Shown here in pieces: positions 55,884 through 64,000 of a stretch of 64,000 bases of DNA (position 1 is its first letter; the number at the start of each line of letters is the position of its first letter). Position numbers and translations under genes: made by a program. The DNA comes from an uncultured Caulobacter sp. GTDB lineage: Bacteria > Pseudomonadota > Alphaproteobacteria > Caulobacterales > Caulobacteraceae. The notes under the pieces were generated by a model that saw only the letters and a list, made by a program, of their open reading frames with translations, made no database searches and was not told where the DNA came from. The stretch covers positions 1,461 to 65,460 of the forward strand of contig CAYRTE010000022.1 of the NCBI GenBank assembly GCA_964427205.1, read 5' to 3'.

Positions 55884-57632
55884 ATGGCCAACCTCAGCGG
55901 TCGCGCGCGCCGAAAAAACACCTATGACGCCATCGTCGTGGGCAGCGGCATCACCGGCGGTATCGCAGCCAAGGAGCTGACCCAGAAGGGTCTCAAGACC
56001 CTGGTGCTGGAGCGCGGACCGATGGTGCGCCACCAGCAAGACTATCCCACCGCCATGACGGCGCCCTGGGAGACCAAGTACCCGCAAGGGCAACTGCCCC
56101 AGGCTGAACTGGCCGCCAAATATTCCGTTCAGCGCCGCACCGGTTACACGATGACGGAGCAGACCCAGCACTTCTTCGTTCGCGACGACGAGAACCCCTA
56201 CGTTGAGGAAAACCGCTTCGACTGGATTCGCGGCTATCACGTGGGCGGACGGTCGCTCACCTGGGGACGCCAGAGCTATCGCCACAGCCCCCTAGACTTC
56301 GAGGCCAACGCTCGCGAGGGGATCGGCGTGGACTGGCCGATCCGCTATGAGGACCTGGCGCCGTGGTACGACCACGTCGAACGGTTCATCGGCGTCTCTG
56401 GCCAGGCCGAGGGCCTGCCCCAGTTGCCCGACGGCCAGTACCAGCCGCCGATGGAGATGAACTGCGTCGAGAAGGCGTTCAAGGCCAAGTCCGAGGCGCG
56501 GTTTCCCGAGCGCCGGATCACCATGGGGCGCACGGCGCACCTGACCGATCCGACCGAGGAACAGATGAGCCTTGGCCGCACCAAATGCCAGTACCGCAAC
56601 CTGTGCATTCGCGGCTGCCCGTTCGGCGCCTACTACAGCTCCAACTCCGGCGGCCTGGTGGCGGCCGAGCGTACCGGCAATCTGGTGATCCGGCCCGGCT
56701 CGATCGTCACCTCGCTGATCTATGACGAGAAGGCCGGCAAGGCGACGGGCGTGCGCATCCTGGACGCGACGACACGCCAGGAAGAGGAGTTCTATGCCGA
56801 CGTCGTGTTCCTGTGCGCCTCGGCCTTCAACTCGGCCTGGATAATGATGAACTCGACCAGTTCGCGGTTCCCCAACGGCTTTGGCAATGGCAGCGACCAG
56901 TTGGGCCGCAACGTGATGGATCACCACCTGGGTGTGGGCGCGTCGGGCGAGGCTCCCGAGTTCGCCGACAAATACTATTCGGGCCGCCGGCCCAACGGCA
57001 TTTACGTGCCGCGCTTCCGCAATCTGGGCGACGCCGCCACCAAGCGGAACGACTATCTGCGGGGCTTCGGCTACCAGGGGGGCGCGTCTCGCCAGGGCTG
57101 GGACCGCGACCTGGGCAAGCACAATGCTGGCAGCAGCGGCTTCGGAGCCGAGCGCAAGGCCGCGCTCAGCCAAGCTGGGCCCTGGACCATAGGTCTTGGC
57201 GGCTTTGGCGAAATCCTTCCCTATGAGGATAATCGCCTGACCCTGAACCACGAAATCCGGGACGCTTTCGGCCTGCCGACCCTGTCGATGAATGTCACCA
57301 TCCGCGAGAACGAGATCGTCATGCGACGCGACATGCAGACCGCGGCGGCGGAGATGTTGGAGGCGGCAGGCTTCAAGAACGTCAAGGGTCGCGATGGAGG
57401 CTATGCGCCAGGCCTGGGCATCCATGAGATGGGCACCGCCCGCATGGGCCGCGATCCCAAGACCTCGGTGCTGAACGCCCACAATCAGGTTCACGAGTGC
57501 AAGAACGTCTATGTCACCGACGGCGCGGCAATGACCTCGGCGTCCTGCGTGAATCCGTCCCTAACCTATATGGCGCTGACCGCGCGAGCGGTCGATCACG
57601 CCGTTCAGGCGCGCAAGCGGGGAGACCTGTGA
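55884..57632 (+). CDS. GMC family FAD-dependent oxidoreductase (glucoside 3-dehydrogenase / gluconate 2-dehydrogenase flavoprotein-like)
   Basis: YDAIVVGSGITGGIAAKEL FAD motif and C-terminal GMC domain (...IHEMGTARMG...NVYVTDGA...). No signal peptide. Confidence 0.9.
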   Translation: MANLSGRARRKNTYDAIVVGSGITGGIAAKELTQKGLKTLVLERGPMVRHQQDYPTAMTAPWETKYPQGQLPQAELAAKYSVQRRTGYTMTEQTQHFFVRDDENPYVEENRFDWIRGYHVGGRSLTWGRQSYRHSPLDFEANAREGIGVDWPIRYEDLAPWYDHVERFIGVSGQAEGLPQLPDGQYQPPMEMNCVEKAFKAKSEARFPERRITMGRTAHLTDPTEEQMSLGRTKCQYRNLCIRGCPFGAYYSSNSGGLVAAERTGNLVIRPGSIVTSLIYDEKAGKATGVRILDATTRQEEEFYADVVFLCASAFNSAWIMMNSTSSRFPNGFGNGSDQLGRNVMDHHLGVGASGEAPEFADKYYSGRRPNGIYVPRFRNLGDAATKRNDYLRGFGYQGGASRQGWDRDLGKHNAGSSGFGAERKAALSQAGPWTIGLGGFGEILPYEDNRLTLNHEIRDAFGLPTLSMNVTIRENEIVMRRDMQTAAAEMLEAAGFKNVKGRDGGYAPGLGIHEMGTARMGRDPKTSVLNAHNQVHECKNVYVTDGAAMTSASCVNPSLTYMALTARAVDHAVQARKRGDL

Positions 57633-58207
57633 TGCTCAACCGACGCGACACCCTTCGCGGTCTGGCCGTGACGATCGGGGTAGGGGCGACAGGCTGGGCC
57701 CAGCGCGCCCTGGCCGCCGCCGCTCCGGCGCCCGCCCTGACCTGGAGCCCCACGGCCCTATCGCCAGATCAGGCTCGCCTGCTCGATGTGGTCGCCGACC
57801 TGATCATCCCGGCGACAGACACGCCCGGCGCCCGCGAGGCCGGCGTGCCGCAGTTCATCGACCGCGCCCTGGCGAACTATTACGAAAAGGATCAGGCCGA
57901 TAGACTGCGGACCGGTCTGACGCGCATGGAGGCCGACGCCCAGGCCGCCCATGGCGCCGCGTTCATCGCCCTGACCCCGCAGCAGCAGGTCGATCTGCTC
58001 ACGGCCTATGACCGCGAAGGCGTGGAGGCCAAAGCGCAGACGCCCAGCCAAACCCACTTTTTCCCGGTGCTCGAAGATCTGGTGACGGTGGGCTATTTCA
58101 CATCAGAACTCGGAGCGACCGTGGCCCTGCAGTACGATCCCGTGCCCGGCGCCTATCACGGTTGCGTGCCGCTCTCGGACATCGGCCGCGCTTGGGCGAC
58201 GCGATAG
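57632..58207 (+). CDS. Gluconate 2-dehydrogenase subunit 3 family protein with Tat signal
   Basis: MLNRRDTLRGLAVTIGVGATGWAQRALA twin-arginine leader. Start overlaps the GMC stop (TGATG). About 190 aa. Confidence 0.8.
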   Translation: MLNRRDTLRGLAVTIGVGATGWAQRALAAAAPAPALTWSPTALSPDQARLLDVVADLIIPATDTPGAREAGVPQFIDRALANYYEKDQADRLRTGLTRMEADAQAAHGAAFIALTPQQQVDLLTAYDREGVEAKAQTPSQTHFFPVLEDLVTVGYFTSELGATVALQYDPVPGAYHGCVPLSDIGRAWATR

Positions 58208-58392
58208 CCCGCGGACGTCGAGCGGTATCGAGCCTGCACTCTGACGAAGACGTCCCGCGCGATCGGAAGGTCTGGCGGACTGATGTCGCCAGGGACCCCG
58301 TGATCCGGCTGGAACAGAAGATCGTCATACCGGGCCATCGCGGCAGCGATCACTTGTTCGGCGGGTCTTGCTGAAGCGCTAAAAAGACGCAC
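58156..58392 (-). pseudogene. Possible ParE/RelE-family toxin remnant (N-terminally truncated, no antitoxin)
   Basis: AEQVIAAAMARYDDLLFQPDHGVPGDISPPDL...YRSTSAGYRVAQARP follows the ParE pattern (a..vi..i..rf..L...P..G..r.dL ... YRv....v.I.RV.HgaRD). About 25 N-terminal residues are missing (in-frame TGA two codons upstream). The 3' end runs antisense into the neighbouring gene. Confidence 0.3.
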
Positions 58393-58452
58393 AGATCAGA
58401 CACCCGGGGCGCGATAGCCGGCTGTGGCCATCGCGCCCAGAGTTTCCTATGT

Positions 58453-59940
58453 CTAGTCGCCGCCGCCTGCCTTGCGGTAATCCAGCGGCGGTTTGCGATC
58501 ACCGACCATGGCCTTGTAGGCGAAGTCGGCGCCGCGGCGCTTGTCCAGTTCGACCTTGGCATCGGCGATCAGCTTGGGATTGCTCAGCAGTTCCGCTCCA
58601 GCCACCGACAGGGTTTTGGCCGCGACGGCGGCTCCCTTCAGCCCGATGCTGGAGCCGGCGGCAGCGACATTCTGCCAGCTGTGACCGGCCGAACCTGGCA
58701 CGAAGCTGGCCGTCGACAAGCCCACCGTGGGGGTGACCCAGCTGACGTCAGCCACGTCGGTGGAGCCGCCGCCCATCGAGCCCGAGGTGTCGGCGGGGGC
58801 ATAGGTCTCCACCCGGCGCACCGAGGTCAGGTCGCCGCCGCCGTTAGGCAGGCTGGTGGCCAGGGTCTTGGCGAAGGCGGTCTCCTCGGCCGTCCAGGTG
58901 ATGCCGCCCACCTGGGTGAGGGCGTCATGCATCACCTTGCCCAGCACGTCGTTGGGCAGGAGGTTGTAGACACCGCCAGTCTGTTCGAACTCGACACTGG
59001 TCTCGGTGGCCAGGGCCGCGCCGTCGGCGGCCTTCCTCACGCGGTCCATGACCGAAACGACGACCTTGGGGTCGGCATGGCGGACATAGTAGTAGACCTC
59101 AGCAAAGTCAGGCACCACGTTGGGGGCCTTGCCGCCATTGGTCACGACATAGTGAATGCGGGTGCGGTCGGGGATGTGCTCGCGCATATAGTTGGCGGCG
59201 ACGTTCAGCACTTCGACGCCGTCGAGGGCCGAGCGGCCGGCCCAGGGCGCGCCGGCTGCGTGGGCTGACTTGCCGCGGAAGCGGAACTTGCCACTGATAT
59301 TGGACATCGACGTACCCTGGCGGGCCGAATTTTCGTTGCCCGGGTGCCAGTGCAGGGTGACATCCACGTCGTTGAACAGGCCATCGCGGACCATGTAAAC
59401 CTTGCCTGACCCGCCTTCTTCGGCGGGTGTGCCGTAGACGCGGATTTCGCCTTGCACCTTGTTCTGGATCATCCAGGTCTTGAGCGCGATGGCGCCCGCC
59501 ACCGACGCCGCGCCAAACAGGTTATGGCCGCAGCCATGGCCATTGTCGGTCTCGGGCCGCGCCGTCTTGGTGGGAACAGCCGCTTGGGACAGGCCGGGCA
59601 GGGCATCGAATTCGGCCAGGATCGCTAGCACTGGGCCTTTACCGGCCTTGAAGCTGGCCACGAATCCGGTCGGTTCGCCAGCCACACCGGCCTGAACCGT
59701 GAAGCCCGCGGCCTTCAACTGCTCCTGCAGGACCAGCGTGCTCTGGGTTTCCTGATACCCCAGTTCCGCCAGGCTCCAGATCTGGAGGGCGGCCTGGTTC
59801 ATCTGCGGCGTGTAGGCGTCAACGGCTGCGGTCAGCTGCCCGCGTTGGGCGGCGCTCAGCGGCGCGGCCATGGCGGTGGAGCTCATCAGCAGGGCCGTGG
59901 CCCCCAGTGCGCCGGCGGCGGTCCTTAGGATCGAAGTCAA
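58453..59940 (-). CDS. Secreted M20 family amidohydrolase (AbgB/aminobenzoyl-glutamate utilization protein B-like)
   Basis: Signal peptide ...SSTAMAAP; HGCGHNLFG metal motif; ...GTPAEEGG.... Confidence 0.85.
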   Translation of the reverse strand: MTSILRTAAGALGATALLMSSTAMAAPLSAAQRGQLTAAVDAYTPQMNQAALQIWSLAELGYQETQSTLVLQEQLKAAGFTVQAGVAGEPTGFVASFKAGKGPVLAILAEFDALPGLSQAAVPTKTARPETDNGHGCGHNLFGAASVAGAIALKTWMIQNKVQGEIRVYGTPAEEGGSGKVYMVRDGLFNDVDVTLHWHPGNENSARQGTSMSNISGKFRFRGKSAHAAGAPWAGRSALDGVEVLNVAANYMREHIPDRTRIHYVVTNGGKAPNVVPDFAEVYYYVRHADPKVVVSVMDRVRKAADGAALATETSVEFEQTGGVYNLLPNDVLGKVMHDALTQVGGITWTAEETAFAKTLATSLPNGGGDLTSVRRVETYAPADTSGSMGGGSTDVADVSWVTPTVGLSTASFVPGSAGHSWQNVAAAGSSIGLKGAAVAAKTLSVAGAELLSNPKLIADAKVELDKRRGADFAYKAMVGDRKPPLDYRKAGGGD

Positions 59941-60026
59941 GAAACCCTCCCTGTGTGCGGCGCGATCGACGCCGTGTCTTATCTAGACGCACGCAGGCCA
60001 GTGTTCCTCACCGCGTCATTGCTTGA

Positions 60027-61043
60027 TCAGGGCGCGCTGATGACGATCTCGTCGGGCGAGCGGCTGACGATGCGCGCGGCGCCATAGGCCTCCAGCGAGC
60101 TGACAAAGCCTGTCACGTCGCCGGTCCTGAAACGGCCGCTCATGGCCGTGGCGGCCACTTGCTTGGAGGCGATCCGCACCTTCTGGGTCGAATAGCGGTT
60201 GAGCTCGGCGACGATGACCGACAGGGGCTGATCGTCGAACACCAAGCTGCCCGCACGCCAGGCGCTCAAGGCCGCGACATCGGCCGAGGCCAGGGTCCAG
60301 GCCGCGCCTTCGCGCTGTTCAAGCCGCGAGCCGGGCAGGAGGTCGATACTGGTTCCGCCCTCGGCATCGCCAACCCGGATCTTCCCCTCCAAGAGGCCAA
60401 CCGACCAACGGTCGGGGTCAAGGCGAACATTGAAGGCGGTGCCCAGAGCGGTGATTGTGCGGCCCGACACGGCGACTACAAACGGATGTTCCGGGTCCTT
60501 GGCAACCTCGAAGAAAGCTTCCCCGCGCTCCAGCACCAGGGCGCGGCGCTCGCCCCACTCGGTGACGCGCAGGCGCGAGTCGGTGCTCAGTGTGGCAATC
60601 GATCCGTCGGCCAGGGTGATGCTGCGTCGTTCCCCGACGACAGTGCTGTAACTGGCCTGGGCAGAGGGCGCGGTGGCGGCCGGCGGGCTCTCGCGGTGTG
60701 GTCCCGTCGACGTCCAAAGCATGGTCGCCAGGCCACCGGCGCCAATCATGCCGACGATCGCGGCGGCCCAACGCCAGCGGGGCTGGGGCCGGCGTGCGGC
60801 GGCGATATCGGCTTTCAGGCCAGAGCGCACTTCGCTGAGCGCAGAGTGATCAGCGGCGAGGCCCAGGGCGTCCCAGGTCCTGCAGGTCGCGTCCCACTGG
60901 GCGGAGCGTGCAGGATCGGCGGTCAACCAGGCCTGGAAGTCACGCTGAAGCTGAGGGTCATCGGGCTGGCGCCGAAGCCGCGCGAACCATTCCGCGGCAT
61001 CCGGGTCACCGGAAGGACCGAGGGTGTGGGGAGCGTGGTTCAT
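60027..61043 (-). CDS. FecR family anti-sigma factor / transmembrane sensor
   Basis: AAEWFARL...FQAWL N-terminus, TM segment WAAAIVGMIGAGGLATMLW, FecR domain ...LVLERGEAFFEVAKDPEHPFVV.... Confidence 0.85.
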   Translation of the reverse strand: MNHAPHTLGPSGDPDAAEWFARLRRQPDDPQLQRDFQAWLTADPARSAQWDATCRTWDALGLAADHSALSEVRSGLKADIAAARRPQPRWRWAAAIVGMIGAGGLATMLWTSTGPHRESPPAATAPSAQASYSTVVGERRSITLADGSIATLSTDSRLRVTEWGERRALVLERGEAFFEVAKDPEHPFVVAVSGRTITALGTAFNVRLDPDRWSVGLLEGKIRVGDAEGGTSIDLLPGSRLEQREGAAWTLASADVAALSAWRAGSLVFDDQPLSVIVAELNRYSTQKVRIASKQVAATAMSGRFRTGDVTGFVSSLEAYGAARIVSRSPDEIVISAP

Positions 61044-61569
61044 CGGCGTCCTGCAGACGGCTCGTCACATTCCTGAGAGCCTTGGCGACATGTTTCTCGA
61101 CCGAGCTAACCGAAATTCCCAGTTGCGCGGAGGCGGCTTTGTAACTCATGCCCTCGAAACGTACGAGCATGAAAGCCGCTCGGGTTCGCGCGGGCAGCTC
61201 GGCCAAGGCCTGGGCGGCGACCTGGGCCTCCTGCTTGGCCTGCAAAATGCGCTCCGGCGACCGCTCCTCGACCGGATGGTGGATGTCTTCCAGCTCACAA
61301 TGCGCGTTTCGGCGCCGGACCGTATCGCGGCGATGGCGATCGAGCAGAACATTGGTGGCGGTCTGGAAGATGAAACCGGACAGATTGGCGACATCGCCGC
61401 ACTGGCGGCGGCTGTGAAGGCGCAGCAGCACCTCCTGAACCAGATCATCGATGTCAGGGCCCTCTACCCGACGCCGGAAGAATGCCGTCAGAGCCTGCTT
61501 GTAGGGCAAAGAGGCCTGAGCCAGACCCTCATCCTGCATGTTCCAACCGGCGATTTTCGCCAACGCCAT
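61006..61569 (-). CDS. ECF (FecI-type) RNA polymerase sigma factor
   Basis: Region 2 DIDDLVQEVLLRL and region 4 LVRFEGMSYKAASAQLGISVSSVEKHV. Alternative ATG at 61539. The 3' end overlaps the fecR-like start by 38 nt. Confidence 0.85.
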   Translation of the reverse strand: MALAKIAGWNMQDEGLAQASLPYKQALTAFFRRRVEGPDIDDLVQEVLLRLHSRRQCGDVANLSGFIFQTATNVLLDRHRRDTVRRRNAHCELEDIHHPVEERSPERILQAKQEAQVAAQALAELPARTRAAFMLVRFEGMSYKAASAQLGISVSSVEKHVAKALRNVTSRLQDADEPRSPHPRSFR

Positions 61570-61823
61570 ATCGCGATCCCCGAAACGCCAAGATTCTTTA
61601 TGTTTTCGTTATGGTCGGAAGCATCGGCGTCATCGTCAAGTCATGATGGACACCTTGCCGTTCGAGGTCCACCACTGCCAAATTATGCGGCAGGGGTGGC
61701 CGGAACGCCGCCGTGACGACCCGTGGCGGACTGAACGACCACGGTTTAGGGCTTGGGGCTGGCTTTGACGTGCGGCGTAGTGGGAAGGCAGGGCCTGTGC
61801 TTCGACCTGGGGCGTGGCGTTCC

Positions 61824-64000
61824 GTGAACCATCCGCACCTCCTGTTTTTGAATCTGGGCCTGGCCGTGGCCGGCGTCGCCGCCTCCAGCGCCCAGGCGGC
61901 GGAACGCCACTGGATCGATATTCCGGCCCAGATGCCGCTGGCCCACGCGCTGACCACCTTTTCCACCCAGACCGATCGCGAGATCCTGTTCAAACCGGGC
62001 CTGATCGACGGGTTGCGCGCGCCGCGCGTCGTGGGACACATGGACGTTGATGTCGGACTGGCCAGGCTGCTCAAGGGGACAGATCTGACCGTGCGTCGCT
62101 TCGACGGCCGGCTGTTAATCGAAAGACCTGCGACACAGACCGCGCGCGCGGTGATCACCGCGCCAGAAGCGCGAACCGATCTCGAACCGGTGATGGTGAC
62201 GGCCCTGCGCCGGCCCACCCTCGAACTTGAAACGCCGCTGTCGATGCGGGTCCTGTCAGGGGCTGACCTCGGTCGCTCGGGGATCGAGACCTTCGATCGC
62301 GCCGCCCAGCGCCTTCCGGGCCTGACCCCGACCAGCACCGGCACGGGTCGCACACGCCTCACGCTACGCGGTGTCTATGGGTCAGGCGAGGCGACCACAG
62401 CGCTCTATTACAACGATGTGCCGGTATCTGGCCCCAGCGGCACCACGGCCGATCCCGGCAGTTCGTTTCCGGAATTGTTGCTGGTGGACCTGGACCGCCT
62501 TGAGGTGCTGCGCGGTCCGCAAGGCACCCTGTATGGGGCCAGCGCCATGGGCGGGGCGGTTAAGGCGGTCTTCAGTCGCCCGGACCTAGCGACGTCCAGC
62601 CTGTCTCTGGCGGCCGAGAGCAATCTGACGGGGGGCGAGGCCGGCAGCGGCCAGACCCTCGTGCTCAATCATGCCGTGTCTCCCGGAAGGGCGGCGTTGC
62701 GACTGACGACCTATCGCCGCGAGGAAGCGGCTTTCGCCGACAATGGCCGCCTGGGCCTGCCCGACGTCAATGGCGGCCGGGTCGAGGGCGCGCGTCTGGG
62801 TCTGCTGGCTCAGCTCAGCACCAACCTGACTGCGCAACTGACCCTGGCCCTTCAGAACGGGCGGGTAGAGGACACCGGCGCGGCCGCGCCGGGCCAGCCC
62901 GCTCATGTGTCGCGCAACTTCGTGCGGACGCCGTTCGACAGCCGGATCGCCTTAGGGGATGCAGCCCTGGAATGGCGCGGAGCGGGTGCGCGCGTGACGG
63001 CGTCGGTGGCGCGCTATGACTGGAGCAGCACGCGCTTCATTGACTACACGGGAACCCTGTTGAGCGAGCGACTCAGTCCCGCCGGGTGCCAACGCTATCT
63101 TCGGCTGACCGACGGCGCGATATGCGACGCGGGTCAGATCGGCGCCTATGCCAGTTATGTCGACAGTCGGTCGCCGGGCCTGCTGCATCAGCCCATCGAT
63201 CTGCGGGCGGACGTCCGCGAAGTTCGCGCCTCATCGGACGGCGGGGGGGTCTGGGCCTGGACGGCGGGCCTTTTCGACGAAACCCGCAAGGACGTGATCG
63301 ACAGTCAGGTGCTGGTCGCCGACCCGGCAACCGGCCTGCCGGTCTGGACGGTCGGCTTCACGGGTCGACGGATTGTCGAGACCCGGCTGACCCAGCGCGC
63401 GGCCTATGGCGAGGTGACCCTGGGGGCCGATCGGGACACGAGCCTGACCGTGGGCGCGCGGCGGTTCATCTATGACAAGACCACGCTTGGCCAGGCCCTG
63501 GTGGTCAATGTGATCTCCGACACCTCGGCCGCCAATTTCAACACATCGGTCAGCGAACGCGGCTGGAGCTTGAAAGTGCTGGGCAGCCACTGGTTCACGC
63601 CCGACCTGCTGGGTTACGCCCAACTGTCCCAGGGCTATCGGCCCGGCGGCATCAATACGGCCCCAGGCCTGCCGTCCAGCTTGGCGGCCTACGCCGCCGA
63701 TAGTCTGTGGAACCGCGAGATCGGGCTGAAGGGGTCTTGGTTCGAGGCTCGGCTTGGTCTGCAGGCGGCGCTCTACAGCATTGACTGGCAGGACATGCAA
63801 TATGCGGCGGTCAGCGCCAACGGCGCCTTTGGCTTTGTCACCAATCTGGGGCGAGCCAGGATAGACGGGATTGAACTGGACGCCACATGGTCACCAGGTT
63901 CAGGCGCTCGCCTGGGCCTGAACCTGGCCGCGACCGCGCCGGTCCTGACCGAGGATCAAGCCACGGGCGAGCTGGCGGGGCTGGGCTCCAGGGGCGACAC
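61824..64000 (+). CDS. TonB-dependent transducer with STN domain (3' end beyond the window)
   Basis: My own translation from GTG 61824 gives a signal peptide (VNHPHLLFLNLGLAVAGVAASSAQA), an STN domain (WIDIPAQMPLAHALTTFSTQTDREILF...LARLLKGTDLTV) and a plug (LEPVMVTA...LEVLRGPQGTLYGASAMGGAV). The frame stays open to the window end. It is not in the ORF track because there is no stop. Confidence 0.85.
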   Translation, partial: MNHPHLLFLNLGLAVAGVAASSAQAAERHWIDIPAQMPLAHALTTFSTQTDREILFKPGLIDGLRAPRVVGHMDVDVGLARLLKGTDLTVRRFDGRLLIERPATQTARAVITAPEARTDLEPVMVTALRRPTLELETPLSMRVLSGADLGRSGIETFDRAAQRLPGLTPTSTGTGRTRLTLRGVYGSGEATTALYYNDVPVSGPSGTTADPGSSFPELLLVDLDRLEVLRGPQGTLYGASAMGGAVKAVFSRPDLATSSLSLAAESNLTGGEAGSGQTLVLNHAVSPGRAALRLTTYRREEAAFADNGRLGLPDVNGGRVEGARLGLLAQLSTNLTAQLTLALQNGRVEDTGAAAPGQPAHVSRNFVRTPFDSRIALGDAALEWRGAGARVTASVARYDWSSTRFIDYTGTLLSERLSPAGCQRYLRLTDGAICDAGQIGAYASYVDSRSPGLLHQPIDLRADVREVRASSDGGGVWAWTAGLFDETRKDVIDSQVLVADPATGLPVWTVGFTGRRIVETRLTQRAAYGEVTLGADRDTSLTVGARRFIYDKTTLGQALVVNVISDTSAANFNTSVSERGWSLKVLGSHWFTPDLLGYAQLSQGYRPGGINTAPGLPSSLAAYAADSLWNREIGLKGSWFEARLGLQAALYSIDWQDMQYAAVSANGAFGFVTNLGRARIDGIELDATWSPGSGARLGLNLAATAPVLTEDQATGELAGLGSRGD

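Overview
High-GC alphaproteobacterial chromosome segment. Gene order and content (LpxI in the lipid A cluster, an MmpA/RseP-type protease, a PopA/PleD-like regulator, many TonB-dependent receptors and DUF1080 proteins) point to a Caulobacter-like organism; this is inferred, not verified. All calls come from reading the six-frame translations for family motifs and from gene context. No database search was run, so family names are pattern recognition and start codons are often ambiguous. Positions 1 to about 35.4 kb are conserved core genome: dnaE 3' end, rpsB-tsf, a tightly packed envelope/translation block (pyrH-frr-uppS-cdsA-dxr-rseP-bamA-skp-lpxD-fabZ-lpxA-lpxI-lpxB), an orphan FliK-like/FlhB-C-terminal-like pair, gltA, gltX, comEC, a PopA-like degenerate GGDEF regulator, an rRNA-modification group next to tRNA-Ser(UGA), rlpA, and tmk-holB-tatD. 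From about 35.5 kb the window becomes nutrient-scavenging and accessory in character. It holds a secreted PHP-like metallohydrolase; an ECF sigma/FecR/TonB-dependent transducer module; and a compact aminophosphonate locus (DUF5690 permease, GntR/HutC regulator, PhnZ-like HD protein, FAD oxidoreductase, PhnX) with a repeated operator-like 13-mer. After that comes a periplasmic sugar-oxidation island (three DUF1080 proteins, LacI, MFS, two TIM-barrel isomerase-like proteins, Gfo/Idh/MocA, cytochrome c, GMC dehydrogenase plus Tat small subunit). The window ends with a ParE-like toxin remnant, an M20 amidohydrolase and a second ECF/FecR/TonB transducer module that runs off the end. I saw no rRNA, CRISPR array, transposase, integrase or phage genes. 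The best candidates for undescribed biology are the stand-alone FliK-like/FlhB_CC pair and the PhnW-less phosphonate locus with its DUF5690 permease and operator repeat.
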